Below, one piece after another: positions 9,425 through 19,290 of a stretch of DNA of 52,797 bases; position 1 is the stretch's first letter; every line of letters begins with the position of its first letter. Under the pieces are notes generated by a model. The model was not told where the DNA came from. It made no database searches and was given only the letters and a program-made list of their open reading frames with translations. The stretch is from a virus (taxonomy: Duplodnaviria > Caudoviricetes): positions 1 to 52,797 of the IMG/VR virus record IMGVR_UViG_3300020731_000022. The stretch is one strand, 5' to 3'. A program made the translations under genes and the position numbers.

Positions 9425-10438
9425 CTAAGCCTTAACGATCTTTCCAAGACCACGTGGGTTAAGAACAATCTCTGAAACGAGCTCGTCCATGACCCATCCC
9501 TTGTGGAACTTCTCAGGGGTGTGGTTTTCTTCTACATCGAGTGAGTACATAACTGGGAATACACCGAGGAACTCTGGTGATGGTGTCATGTAAACTGTAC
9601 CCTGTGGTACTTCGATTGAACGCTGAACCTGGAAGCCACCGAACTGAACAATACGCTCACCGGCAACAACGCGGTCCTTGAATGCCCAACCTGTCTGGTT
9701 GATGTCCCACTTGTAGAGGTCACGGTAGTCGATTGGGTTGAACAATAGACGTGAGGCCTCCAACTGGTGAACTTCAATTAGAGCTACGAGGTCGTAGAGT
9801 GAGTCAGGAGTAATGTATCCTGAAAGCTCGTTAACAACGTGGTTAGGTGAAACTACGTGGTTAGGGTCAACTGCGTAGTTATTGATAGCAGCTTCAAGTA
9901 CAGTGATAAGACGTGCGTCTTCCTGCATCATGATTGCTTGCTTAGACATGTCCTGTGCGTATTCAACGATGTTAACACGCAAGTACCATAGGTCTTCCTT
10001 CTTAATTTGAGGGAAGGTTGCGATACGGAACAAACGAACTGGTACTTTCTTACCTTCGAATGGTGTAACGCGAACTTCACCTTCGTTACCTGAAAGGATG
10101 TAAGCCTGTCCATATTCGTCAAGTACGTCGTACATAACTGGTACACCAGGTGTTAGTGGATCTTCCAGAAGAACGTTACGGGTCATACCTTGGTAACGAA
10201 GCTTAAGCTGGATAGGACCAATCATACCCTGACCAAGACGAACCATGTAGTTGTCCTTGTCTGCAAGGATTCCTGCAAGACGACGTTGCTTCTCATCACG
10301 AGTAGCAGTCTTACGACCAGTTGCAGCAGCGAGACGCTCTTGAGCTTCTACAATGCCAGCGACGTAATCGTCAGACTTCTTTGCAGTACGAGGAGCCAAG
10401 TGATCGGCAATCGCACCATTAGGAGTAATTGAACTCAT
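9425..10438 (-). CDS. Major capsid protein (Bxz1/cluster C-like)
   Basis: RLGQGMIGPIQLKLRYQG..NVLLED.LTPGVP..YDVLD..GQAY..GNEGE.R.TPFEGK..FPQIKKEDL closely recalls the cluster-C mycobacteriophage MCP; GAAAGGA RBS; strongly biased codons; follows scaffold and decoration genes. Confidence 0.92.
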   Translation of the reverse strand: MSSITPNGAIADHLAPRTAKKSDDYVAGIVEAQERLAAATGRKTATRDEKQRRLAGILADKDNYMVRLGQGMIGPIQLKLRYQGMTRNVLLEDPLTPGVPVMYDVLDEYGQAYILSGNEGEVRVTPFEGKKVPVRLFRIATFPQIKKEDLWYLRVNIVEYAQDMSKQAIMMQEDARLITVLEAAINNYAVDPNHVVSPNHVVNELSGYITPDSLYDLVALIEVHQLEASRLLFNPIDYRDLYKWDINQTGWAFKDRVVAGERIVQFGGFQVQRSIEVPQGTVYMTPSPEFLGVFPVMYSLDVEENHTPEKFHKGWVMDELVSEIVLNPRGLGKIVKA

Positions 10439-10458
10439 TATTGTATTTCCTTTCAGGA

Positions 10459-10974
10459 CTAGTTCGTAGCGAACGGTGTCAGGCGGATAGTGATCTGCGT
10501 TGGGCTGATTACATCAATCAACTCAGCTACAGCAACAGCTCCGAGGGTTCCAGCGGAACCTGCAGCTGAAGTAATCTGACCATTAGCGTTGGTGTACAGT
10601 AGTGTACGGGCACCAGTGGTTAGTACGTTGTAAGCTTGGGTTGTGTCGAAAGCCGGAGCAGTGATGGTGAAGAACGCGTTAGAACCACCGAGCCATACAG
10701 CCCATGCGTTAATTCCAACTTGTGTTACATCATCAATGTTTGGGTTACGGTCAAGCGCAGACAAGCCGAATGGCTTAGCACCAGATACAGCCACAGCAGT
10801 TCCAGCATTAGCAACAGTGTCAGCTCCGGTACGGTACATAACCATACCTGAGTAGATGTTTGTTGTGTCAGATGGATCTAGGAATGTGTTGTATGGCGTA
10901 GCCTCGTACTTCTCGTACAATGGAGTGCACGTACGGTGTACCCCAACGTTAGCTATGCTATTTAGTTGCAGCAT
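10459..10974 (-). CDS. Putative head decoration/minor capsid protein
   Basis: 171 aa immediately upstream of the MCP; AAGGAG RBS; IYSGMVM..G, KPFGL motifs. Confidence 0.7.
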   Translation of the reverse strand: MLQLNSIANVGVHRTCTPLYEKYEATPYNTFLDPSDTTNIYSGMVMYRTGADTVANAGTAVAVSGAKPFGLSALDRNPNIDDVTQVGINAWAVWLGGSNAFFTITAPAFDTTQAYNVLTTGARTLLYTNANGQITSAAGSAGTLGAVAVAELIDVISPTQITIRLTPFATN

Positions 10975-11000
10975 TTTTCTTTCTCCTTAGTTAGGGATTC

Positions 11001-12329
11001 TTATAGTGTCATCAGCCAGTCGTCAGACGAAATGTCCTGACGCTTAACTGTTGAGGCCGTTGTCAACCGACCCATTTCGGGCAAACGATTACTTCCGCTT
11101 GCCACCTTTTGGCTCCGGGGTTGACGTGCCCCAGATTCTTCGAGCATGTCTAGTGAAGCTACAAAACCAGCTAGCTTAGCACTATCCATTTGCTCAAACT
11201 TTGCAAGATGCTTTGCACGGTCGTCAGGATTTACCATGCCCATCTTTTCTAGACGGTCTACAACAATTAGACTGTCATAAATTCTTTCACGGCTCTCTTG
11301 TACAGCAGCGACGATGCCCTGCTGGTAAGGAACGAGTGCAGGGTTAGTGCCATCGTAAGGCCATACTTCTTGCTTGTGAGGCTCATCACCAGGAACGATT
11401 CCAGTTTCAGCACCATCGTTGTAGAATGGTACGTAACCAGCATCTTCGCCGTTAACTTCCTCAGGCTCAAGAACATTTGTTGTGAAGCTAGGTGACATTA
11501 CACGTTCACGGTCCCAAACACCAGCTTGGTCATCAAGGTCACGAACGTCTACAACAACGTTAGTCTCTTGGTTGCCGTTAGTAGCTTTTTTATTTCCCAT
11601 CTCGTCGTCACTCTTCTTATTGGCATTCTTGCATCCATTAGGACCACAAGTTTTTGAACCTTCTGTAGCAGGATTGTCGCATCCTTCACCAGTGCAAACC
11701 TTTGAAGCAACCTTGTTAATGTCTTTAAGAAGTCCTTCAAGAGATTCAAGGTCAACAGCAGCTTGGTGGTAGTTAGAAGTAGTAGCAAGGTCGTTCTCAA
11801 TGTCAAGTACGATTGAAGCTACAGTACCGATTACTTGTTGTACTTCATCATCAGTTGAAGCAAAACGGAGTACAGTGCTTGCTTCGTTAGAAGCAGTTAG
11901 TAGATTTGAAAAATCAAAATCAATTTGATTCTCAATAGCATCACGGATCTCACGTGAAGCCTTGTAGACATTGTAAAGGCTTTCGTCAATTGGATTAACG
12001 CTTGCCTGCATTGGTCGACCTTCAGCGTATACAGCGCTTCCAAGCCCAGTGTTAGGTCCACCCATGATTTCTCCTGGCTTACCATTTGATGGGTCAGCTG
12101 CTTCAAGGTCAGTTGTTTGAATCATCATACCAACTGGTTGATCGGCTACAGTGTTACGCATTTCTTGAACAGGCTTAGGTGCAACTGTTACACCAGGAGC
12201 TTGGTCAGTACCAACAGTATTCTGTTGATCGTAAGGCTGCTGACGGGGGGTTGTTGATTGGCCAGAGAGTCCGTGCATTTGGTATGCATTGTCGGCTGTC
12301 TTGACCAGTTCGTTATCGAAACGGCTCAT
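11001..12329 (-). CDS. Putative scaffolding protein
   Basis: Acidic, low-complexity, helical C-terminus; sits between the protease region and the MCP; GAGGAG RBS. Confidence 0.6.
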   Translation of the reverse strand: MSRFDNELVKTADNAYQMHGLSGQSTTPRQQPYDQQNTVGTDQAPGVTVAPKPVQEMRNTVADQPVGMMIQTTDLEAADPSNGKPGEIMGGPNTGLGSAVYAEGRPMQASVNPIDESLYNVYKASREIRDAIENQIDFDFSNLLTASNEASTVLRFASTDDEVQQVIGTVASIVLDIENDLATTSNYHQAAVDLESLEGLLKDINKVASKVCTGEGCDNPATEGSKTCGPNGCKNANKKSDDEMGNKKATNGNQETNVVVDVRDLDDQAGVWDRERVMSPSFTTNVLEPEEVNGEDAGYVPFYNDGAETGIVPGDEPHKQEVWPYDGTNPALVPYQQGIVAAVQESRERIYDSLIVVDRLEKMGMVNPDDRAKHLAKFEQMDSAKLAGFVASLDMLEESGARQPRSQKVASGSNRLPEMGRLTTASTVKRQDISSDDWLMTL

Positions 12330-13075
12330 TGTTGCTCCTCGCTGTTGTTAGCGTTGTTTAAACTGTTTTGGTAATTCTCTTGAGATTCAATTCCTGCACC
12401 TTGTTGCAACATATTCTTCATACGAGTAGTTGCATCGTTATGGGCATTCATTGAATCATCTTGAAGAGCTCCAAGATCCATTGGCTGTTGTTCAGCTGCA
12501 GACTTCTTGTGCTTCTTCAATTTCTTTTTATTTTTTTCGATCTTTACGCTCGCAGGACTTAAGAAATTCCTTTGAACATTTTTTAACATCTCAGGATCTA
12601 TACCCAGAAACTTAGGTCTTTTAAATCCTAAAGCTCCAGCAATTTCGTGACCACATTTGGGATTTTCACAAGAACCCGATAATTCTCCCTTTTTAAGAGA
12701 ATCATTGTTAAATGACAAATCACCACATTGCGGACATTTTACCTTGCCACTGGAAGGGCCACTTAAGTCAAATCCTCCGAAGTTGTTCGATAGAACATCT
12801 ACAAAAGACAAACTACGAAAAGCAGCCTTGGCATTTGGGTTCTGCTCAGTTAAACTTTGCTGCTGTTGCTGATAAACCTGTTGAATACCCATGGCATTCT
12901 GCCATTCCTGGATTGCAGCCTGTACATTCGGGTGAATGAAATTACAATCCGGGCAAATACCATCTCTAAAACCATTGCTTTGGCACATTGGACAATCACC
13001 AAGAATGGAAATAGGAATTCTTATAGCTTCCATAGCGTATTTCATAACGCTGTCAGATACTTTAAGAACTGGCAT
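12326..13075 (-). CDS. Zn-ribbon (CxxC) head-module protein
   Basis: Start moved to ATG 13075 (TAATG overlap with the protease stop); CPMC..CPDC and CPQC..CENPKC. Confidence 0.7.
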   Translation of the reverse strand: MPVLKVSDSVMKYAMEAIRIPISILGDCPMCQSNGFRDGICPDCNFIHPNVQAAIQEWQNAMGIQQVYQQQQQSLTEQNPNAKAAFRSLSFVDVLSNNFGGFDLSGPSSGKVKCPQCGDLSFNNDSLKKGELSGSCENPKCGHEIAGALGFKRPKFLGIDPEMLKNVQRNFLSPASVKIEKNKKKLKKHKKSAAEQQPMDLGALQDDSMNAHNDATTRMKNMLQQGAGIESQENYQNSLNNANNSEEQQ

Positions 13076-13737
13076 TAGTAACGCTTTTTCTGCAGCAACC
13101 AAGCTGACTCATCTGCTGGCTCAAATACAAAGCTCAGTTCAAAGAAATTTGGGTTAATGCAGCTTTCATATACAAGACTTTCAACACGCTTACCGGCCTT
13201 GTAAACCGTCACGTTCCTACCCTTGAGGCGAGGAATGTGAGTACAAAATTCTGATGGCTTGCTAGCATATTTACCGCATGCTGAGCATTGTGTACCATCG
13301 ACATCAGCTCCCATGCTTACTGCATTTAGCTGACCATTTTCGATAGCTGAAGCAAGCTTAGGGAATGTGTTGGCGTCTACTTCCATGAGGCAGTAAACAC
13401 TAGCATCGATAATACCAGATGCTAGCTTAGTCTCACGATAAATAGCATCAAGAATAACTCCGCGAGCACGGTCTGGATCTGAGTTGTTGTGCTCAACGTA
13501 AATTGGACGACCAATAAAAGTCTTGTAACTTTTCTTAATCTGGTCTACAGGCCATCCATCGTAATTTGCATTTACTCTTGAAGAAATAGCTCTTGAAGCT
13601 GTGTAAAGGAAACCCTTTTCAGGAGTAAATGGCTTAAAGTCTTCGAACGTGACAGGGTGAAGGTCGATAGCTTGATCTTTGTCAGAGGCCATACTTCTGC
13701 CCATGAGACTAATTGTGGGTGCACCAAATTTAATCAT
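13075..13737 (-). CDS. Prohead (capsid maturation) protease with Zn-binding insert
   Basis: Candidate catalytic His (YVEH), Ser (VSMG) and FELSFVFEPAD of HK97-type prohead proteases; CSAC..CTH insert; between portal and scaffold. Confidence 0.78.
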   Translation of the reverse strand: MIKFGAPTISLMGRSMASDKDQAIDLHPVTFEDFKPFTPEKGFLYTASRAISSRVNANYDGWPVDQIKKSYKTFIGRPIYVEHNNSDPDRARGVILDAIYRETKLASGIIDASVYCLMEVDANTFPKLASAIENGQLNAVSMGADVDGTQCSACGKYASKPSEFCTHIPRLKGRNVTVYKAGKRVESLVYESCINPNFFELSFVFEPADESAWLLQKKRY

Positions 13738-13796
13738 GTTCGCATTCTTGTCTGTATTAACACGTTCGTTACATCGTCGTAATGTTTAAGGTTGTG

Positions 13797-14177
13797 TTAA
13801 TTTTTTTGTTTTAGTAATTCTGTTAATTCTTGGAGCATAACTTGGTGGTCTTCACTTACTTTTAAGTGGTACGCAGCCAATTCTGCAGCAATACGATCTG
13901 CTCTTTTAGCAGCAATTAAAAGGATGGCTCCTTGCAATCCTGCCAATGTTGAAAGCATAAGATTAAGAAGAATAAACGGATAAACATCAAAAGGATGTTT
14001 AGACATACCGTTATAGATCATCCATGCTGCCATAATAACTACGAATGAAAAAACAAAAGGCCATGATCCCATTCCGTGGCGCATAACATCGGCAGCTTTT
14101 TCACCTAAAGTTCTGTCATTACCAGATCTTACCTCTGGGTGGAAATCCCAATGACTTACCTTTTTAATTGTCCGCAT
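13797..14177 (-). CDS. DUF1003-like membrane protein
   Basis: GEKAAD..GSWPF..W..YN..FDVYPFILLNL.LS.LA.LQ..IL signature. Confidence 0.85.
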   Translation of the reverse strand: MRTIKKVSHWDFHPEVRSGNDRTLGEKAADVMRHGMGSWPFVFSFVVIMAAWMIYNGMSKHPFDVYPFILLNLMLSTLAGLQGAILLIAAKRADRIAAELAAYHLKVSEDHQVMLQELTELLKQKN

Positions 14178-14502
14178 CTAGCAAACCTTCGTGATAACCT
14201 AGATGACGGTTCAAGTCACGGCCAATACCATCGACTTTTTTCTCTACACGGTCCCATTGATCTTTAGAACTAGATCCACCATTATTACGGTGTTGAGAAA
14301 GCAACTGTTCTAGTTTGTCATCCATATCTGCTTTAGTAGCAGCAAGTTCTTCTTCAATTCGAGTAAGCTCTTTAGAACTGTGACGAGTAAAATATTTTTG
14401 AACAACTTTAGCTAGTGCTGCAAGAGCACCTACGGTAAAGAAAGCATTAGCAATGTAGCCAAACCATACATTGGAAGAATTAAACAATGAGGATGCTAAC
14501 AT
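14164..14502 (-). CDS. Membrane protein (actinophage DUF2746/holin-associated type)
   Basis: N-terminal TM segment, coiled coil, NNGGSSSKDQ.DR.E..V motif. Confidence 0.6.
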   Translation of the reverse strand: MLASSLFNSSNVWFGYIANAFFTVGALAALAKVVQKYFTRHSSKELTRIEEELAATKADMDDKLEQLLSQHRNNGGSSSKDQWDRVEKKVDGIGRDLNRHLGYHEGLLDADN

Positions 14503-14504
14503 GA

Positions 14505-14693
14505 TTAGTCCTCAATTTTTTCATAGATACTGTTTGCAAGGTTCAACTTGTGAGCATTGCGGCAGATCCGCCCTTCTCCTTCTTTGATGATTTCTAACTT
14601 AATTAAAGGACTTACAACACTAAGGAAACTAACCTTATTGTAAGCTGTCTTTGGAAGAATTCTCGGAGCTTGATCGTTAAACAGTGTGCTCAT
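14505..14693 (-). CDS. Small hypothetical protein (62 aa)
   Basis: AAGGA RBS before ATG 14693 (MSTLFNDQ...). Confidence 0.55.
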   Translation of the reverse strand: MSTLFNDQAPRILPKTAYNKVSFLSVVSPLIKLEIIKEGEGRICRNAHKLNLANSIYEKIED

Positions 14694-14750
14694 TGGGGTG
14701 TCCTTGTATAAAAAATGCACGTTCTAATTAATAGTGCATTATTAAGCTAT

Positions 14751-17096
14751 TTATAAATCTTCTTCTTTAGTAGGATCTACTTGTTTTCTTGCAGGTTGAT
14801 CCATTCCGCCTTCACCACTACTGTGTTCATCAAGGTTTGTAGGTTCTTGAATCATTGGTTCATCGATGATAGAAGCTAGATGTTTTTTAAATTCATCTTC
14901 ATTGAATTTTTCATAACTATCATCTGCAACAATTTTCATACCACGAGCAAGTTTCATACGTTTACGTTTCTTAGATTCAAACGGTACAGCAAACTTCATA
15001 CGATCACCATATGTAATTGTTTCAAATGGTTCATCAAATTCGTCATCATCCCAACCAGCTACGCTAGCAGTCTTCTTTTTAGGTCCATTCTTAGGACCCT
15101 TCTTTGAAGGCTTAGGAGCATTCTTACGTTGTTCATATGATTCTGCAGGACGCTGTCTTTCACCACCACGTTGCGTCTGTTGCATTTGTTCTGCCATTTG
15201 GTTAACACTTGGGTATATCTGCGCACCAGCAGCAGCATCACTGTTGCCAATGGCTTCTCCTGTTAAGTTAGGAGCTGCAGGTGGTACGATCAAGCTTTGC
15301 ATAGCACCTGGGGCAAGTTGTGCTCCGAGTGCTGGGTTTTCCAACATGGCGAGGTAGGCCTGGTATTCCTGTACATATTCTGGTGGAATAGGAAGTTGTA
15401 GAACCATAAGACGGTTAAACAATTCCTTCTTGTACTGTTGCTCAGCAACAACAGTCTTAATCTTTTCATCCTTACGAGCATCGATTTCATCATCAAAGTC
15501 AATCGGGATATTAACAGCAAGTGTGCTGAGTGAAATTGGAAAACCGGCAGCCATAAGTTGCTGCAAGAATCCACGTTCAATTGTTTCGTCTCTCAAGTTC
15601 ATTGAACGGAAACGTACTTCAGGGATAGCTAGCTTTGGACGTTCTTCAACGTATTCAGCACCTGTTTCCTCATCAACCATGAGAACAGTTTCCATAATAG
15701 GAACCATTTGACCACCGACGTTGCGCATTTCATAGTGACCCTGTCTTTCTGCCACTGGTTCCATACGGCTACGAATAAATTGTTCAATCTTGTGCTGATA
15801 TGTGCTAAGCATCTGAGTAATAAGTTCACGGTTAAGTGCACCAGCAGCATAAGTACCACCGTTACCACCTTGTAGAAGGTCAGCACCGATACCGAATACT
15901 TGCATAACCTTTGACTCAACACGCATGAAGTCTTGGTCAAGACGTGGCATTGATTCACGACCGAATGCATTTTGAATTGTAAGACCATGGTGATAAGTCA
16001 TCAAACGGAAGTCAGAGTTGATTGCCATAGCCAAGTCATCTCGCAATGATTGGAGTTCTTGTGCATCTGGAATCCATGGACCATCTTGGTCTACGTCTGG
16101 AAGACCCAGGGTAGCAAGAATAAGAGGAGAATAAAGTCGGTCAGCAATAGCATCCTGAGCGGCGTTGAGACTTTCTTCCAACATAAGCATACGGAAAGCA
16201 CGCAGAAGAATAGGAGTACCGTGTTCGCTCCATGGGTTTGTCTTAAACTTGATTTGCTTCATGATTACATCTGAAACAGGAATTTCTTTATCTTGGCGTG
16301 CCCATGCTACAACGTCTGGATAGAGTTGCATAAGCATTGCATACTCTTGAGGAGGGTCACGACGTTCAATAAGGCGCTTGATTTCTTCAGGTACCTTAAT
16401 GTGATATTGATAAGTTCTTAGAGCACGATTCTTTGCAACAATAACGTCATTAGGGTTGATGATTTCATCTTCTTCCCATGCACCAATACCATCGTGCCAT
16501 GAACCCATAGCAAAACATTCTCCAACGGTCCAGTGTTCACGACCAAGGTCAAAGAGGAACTCATTGTAGTTTAGACCATCAAAGAAAAGGTCATTATAGA
16601 AATCGCTAATACGTTTGTCTGGATGAATAAGCTCAACATCCAACAATGGGTAGCGAGTATAGATATCAATAAGAGAAGGAACTAGATAGTGAGTTGTGTA
16701 GAGTAAACGAGCCCAGTCACGGATCTTACGTGTCTGCTCATCTGGGTCTTCCATGTTGAACCACCAGGTACGTTCACGCCAGTATTCAAATGGATCGTGC
16801 AACTTAGGCCATGCCCATTGAGCATCTGAACCTGTTGCAGCAGCAGTTCTGCGATTAGCAGTATTTGCTATTCCTTCAAGATTAAAACCTTGTTTAAGAT
16901 TATTTAATCTTTCTCGTCCTTCTGTAGGACCTAGAAGTGGACTGTTGCCCATAGCACCCATAGCGCCTGGAGTACGTGCCATGTTAAGCAAGTCTTTATT
17001 AGCAAGACGACGTGTTACTGGGTTCTTTGGGCCTGTGATGCCTGCACTTTTTAAGCGATTAAGCTCAGCAGAGGCACTCCAGTCTTCTCTTGACAT
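14751..17096 (-). CDS. Portal protein (Bxz1/E3-like)
   Basis: 781 aa; P.LIDIYTRYPL, GREHW.VGE.F, PW..HGTPILLRAFR.L, PL.L..LG motifs; upstream of protease-scaffold-MCP. Confidence 0.85.
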   Translation of the reverse strand: MSREDWSASAELNRLKSAGITGPKNPVTRRLANKDLLNMARTPGAMGAMGNSPLLGPTEGRERLNNLKQGFNLEGIANTANRRTAAATGSDAQWAWPKLHDPFEYWRERTWWFNMEDPDEQTRKIRDWARLLYTTHYLVPSLIDIYTRYPLLDVELIHPDKRISDFYNDLFFDGLNYNEFLFDLGREHWTVGECFAMGSWHDGIGAWEEDEIINPNDVIVAKNRALRTYQYHIKVPEEIKRLIERRDPPQEYAMLMQLYPDVVAWARQDKEIPVSDVIMKQIKFKTNPWSEHGTPILLRAFRMLMLEESLNAAQDAIADRLYSPLILATLGLPDVDQDGPWIPDAQELQSLRDDLAMAINSDFRLMTYHHGLTIQNAFGRESMPRLDQDFMRVESKVMQVFGIGADLLQGGNGGTYAAGALNRELITQMLSTYQHKIEQFIRSRMEPVAERQGHYEMRNVGGQMVPIMETVLMVDEETGAEYVEERPKLAIPEVRFRSMNLRDETIERGFLQQLMAAGFPISLSTLAVNIPIDFDDEIDARKDEKIKTVVAEQQYKKELFNRLMVLQLPIPPEYVQEYQAYLAMLENPALGAQLAPGAMQSLIVPPAAPNLTGEAIGNSDAAAGAQIYPSVNQMAEQMQQTQRGGERQRPAESYEQRKNAPKPSKKGPKNGPKKKTASVAGWDDDEFDEPFETITYGDRMKFAVPFESKKRKRMKLARGMKIVADDSYEKFNEDEFKKHLASIIDEPMIQEPTNLDEHSSGEGGMDQPARKQVDPTKEEDL

Positions 17097-17108
17097 TAAA
17101 TTGGTTTC

Positions 17109-17297
17109 CTAGTATGTTGCGCAACTACAGGCGTCTATTCCTGGAATTGATTGGTGACCGCAAGGATACATTCTGACATCACCACTGATTCTTACAATCC
17201 CACCAGATGCATTTTGCATGATTGGATTGCCGTTGAAATCGAAGTTTGCCCCTACGTGTCTTGTACGAGCCAATCTTATATTCTGTTCACGTTCCAT
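17109..17297 (-). CDS. Small hypothetical protein
   Basis: AAGGAG RBS; C-terminal CGH..C.C. Confidence 0.65.
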   Translation of the reverse strand: MEREQNIRLARTRHVGANFDFNGNPIMQNASGGIVRISGDVRMYPCGHQSIPGIDACSCATY

Positions 17298-17306
17298 GTC
17301 AACTCC

Positions 17307-18044
17307 TTAACCGATAAAGTCTGCGTTGTTGCTAGTTGCTGCGTATGGCGGTGTTCCATTAACAGTTGAAGTAATTTGTCCACCAGAGATAGTATAACTA
17401 ACAGGATCTTGAATACTCATTTGACCAATGTTTCCATTAGCATCTGATGCGTTGCTACCAATTCCCATGGCGCTAAGATCAGTAAATAGACCTGGAATAG
17501 CCCAGTCAATAATTCCCTTACCACCACTTGCTGTAACACGATAAGCTACTTTTGGAGTTTCTACTGTAGCAGCTGTATTATTCATAGTAAATGTCTGATT
17601 ACCACTTGTAGAAGTCACGGTGCCAGATAGAATAGTAACCCATGCTGGTGAGTTGTAGTCAGTATTTCCATAAGATCTATTGTTACTACCTTGCAATTGA
17701 ATGTAGCAAGTTCCGCTAAATCCGGCTTCTAGCCAACAGTCAACAAAAATTGTTTCAAGGTCAGTTGGAGTAATTGCAGGGTCTGGTGCACATACGAATC
17801 CAACATCGGTTGCTCCGTTACCATTGACATTAAGATTAAGTCCTGGAACGTTTGATCCAACCATTCCACCGTTCCATCTAGATCCACCACTGATGGTGCT
17901 ATTTGTCCCTACAACAGGGCTATATGGCGGATTTGGCGGGTTAACTGTACCTGGGGTACCGTCATTACCATAAATGGTAGTAAATTGACCAAGCACATAT
18001 GGCTTCTTAATCTGCTTGGGTCCTTTGCCTTCTGCTGCCTGCAT
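17307..18044 (-). CDS. Putative virion structural protein
   Basis: AGGAG RBS; G/S/T/N-rich, LQGS..W.T motif. Confidence 0.65.
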   Translation of the reverse strand: MQAAEGKGPKQIKKPYVLGQFTTIYGNDGTPGTVNPPNPPYSPVVGTNSTISGGSRWNGGMVGSNVPGLNLNVNGNGATDVGFVCAPDPAITPTDLETIFVDCWLEAGFSGTCYIQLQGSNNRSYGNTDYNSPAWVTILSGTVTSTSGNQTFTMNNTAATVETPKVAYRVTASGGKGIIDWAIPGLFTDLSAMGIGSNASDANGNIGQMSIQDPVSYTISGGQITSTVNGTPPYAATSNNADFIG

Positions 18045-18052
18045 AATATCTC

Positions 18053-18655
18053 CTAGAGGCTCATGTAATCTATGCCGAGATCCGGTACATTTGATTCTTG
18101 TAGGTATCTCATTGCGTTAATGCTAATGTCGTTATCCGCAACATTTATTGCTGGCGCATCACTAGGAGTTGATTGTACTGCTTGTGGCCTAGGAGCCGGA
18201 GCAACCTGTACAGGAGCAGGTGCCGGTCTTGTGGTCAGAGCCTTATCAACTTTGCCTTCAAGATTCTTGAAAGCGTTAGCTACTGGTGAAAGCGCTTTGT
18301 TTACTGCTTGTTCGATCTTTGGACCAATTGGCTCTTCAGCCTTAACTGGTTCTGGTCTAATGTAATATTTGTGAAGTACATCATTACATAAATCCCAAGT
18401 TAGTTTATTAATTTCATCTCCAGCTAAACGCATAATACGCTTGGCTTTGGTGTCCCATTGGTATTGGTACGCTTTACCGTCATAGTCGGTCAAGGTTCCC
18501 CATTGGATTTCACCTTCAGTATAATTAACTGTTATAAACTCTATATTTGCAACCTGTTGAAATTTTGGTTCTTCAACAACAGGTTCTACTTCAATAACCT
18601 CAAGGACCTCCTCTACCGGAGTAGAGACGATCTTAGTTTTTATAGATCTGAACAT
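18053..18655 (-). CDS. Hypothetical protein
   Basis: 200-aa ORF within the operon. Confidence 0.7.
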   Translation of the reverse strand: MFRSIKTKIVSTPVEEVLEVIEVEPVVEEPKFQQVANIEFITVNYTEGEIQWGTLTDYDGKAYQYQWDTKAKRIMRLAGDEINKLTWDLCNDVLHKYYIRPEPVKAEEPIGPKIEQAVNKALSPVANAFKNLEGKVDKALTTRPAPAPVQVAPAPRPQAVQSTPSDAPAINVADNDISINAMRYLQESNVPDLGIDYMSL

Positions 18656-18658
18656 GAA

Positions 18659-19234
18659 TTATTGGGTAACTACCAACTCGTAGTCAGCCTTGCGCTCAAC
18701 AGAAGCAGTCTTGTCATCCCAGACAACAGCGAATTCACGGTCACCTACGGCAATAACAGTACCAGCAATCTTTGTGCTAGGTGTTTCAGCAACAACACGT
18801 GCGCTTACAAGAGACTCAGCAGCAGCACTGGCAACAACGCCTAGTGTGCAGTCAGGGTTAGCTTGTGCATTGTTGAATCCAAATGAATGAGCAGCAAGTT
18901 TGCTTGCAGCCTTCTTAGCAGCTGGAGCAGGAACGTTAGAAAGGTCAGGTGAACCTGTCAAAGATGGATTGGCAACCATTGGTACTGGGTCCTGGGCTGG
19001 GTTTTCATCAGTAGCGTGCATGTGTGATTCATCAACATACTTTTGAATTTGAGCACCTAGTCCCTGACGTTGTTCGTCATAAGCCTGGTAGTTCTGTTGA
19101 AAGTGATTGCTGCTCTCATCCATGTAGTCGCCATTCCATTGAGCGCCTTGTGGGATAAAGTTTGGATCGGCTTGTTGTGGTGCGGCTGTCTTGTCAAAAA
19201 GATCGGCAACCTTAATATTTAAACGTGGTTCCAT
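18659..19234 (-). CDS. Hypothetical protein with C-terminal small beta-barrel-like domain (putative head protein)
   Basis: CAGGAG RBS before ATG 19234 (MEPRLNIKVADLFDKTAA); C-terminus GTVIAVGDREFAVVWDD. Confidence 0.7.
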   Translation of the reverse strand: MEPRLNIKVADLFDKTAAPQQADPNFIPQGAQWNGDYMDESSNHFQQNYQAYDEQRQGLGAQIQKYVDESHMHATDENPAQDPVPMVANPSLTGSPDLSNVPAPAAKKAASKLAAHSFGFNNAQANPDCTLGVVASAAAESLVSARVVAETPSTKIAGTVIAVGDREFAVVWDDKTASVERKADYELVVTQ

Positions 19235-19260
19235 GATTTCTCCTGTATTGGATACATACA

Positions 19261-19286
19261 CTATAGTAAATACCCTAGTTAATTAC
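19261..19286 (-). promoter_or_regulatory. Candidate phage-specific promoter (GTAATT-N17-TAG)
   Basis: Same 26-bp geometry recurs upstream of several genes (see findings). Confidence 0.45.
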
Positions 19287-19290
19287 ATTA

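Noticed and set aside
13075-13102. Possible frameshift fusion of the protease and the next ORF (28-nt overlap in the ORF track)
   Set aside because: A simple TAATG stop-start overlap at 13075 explains it
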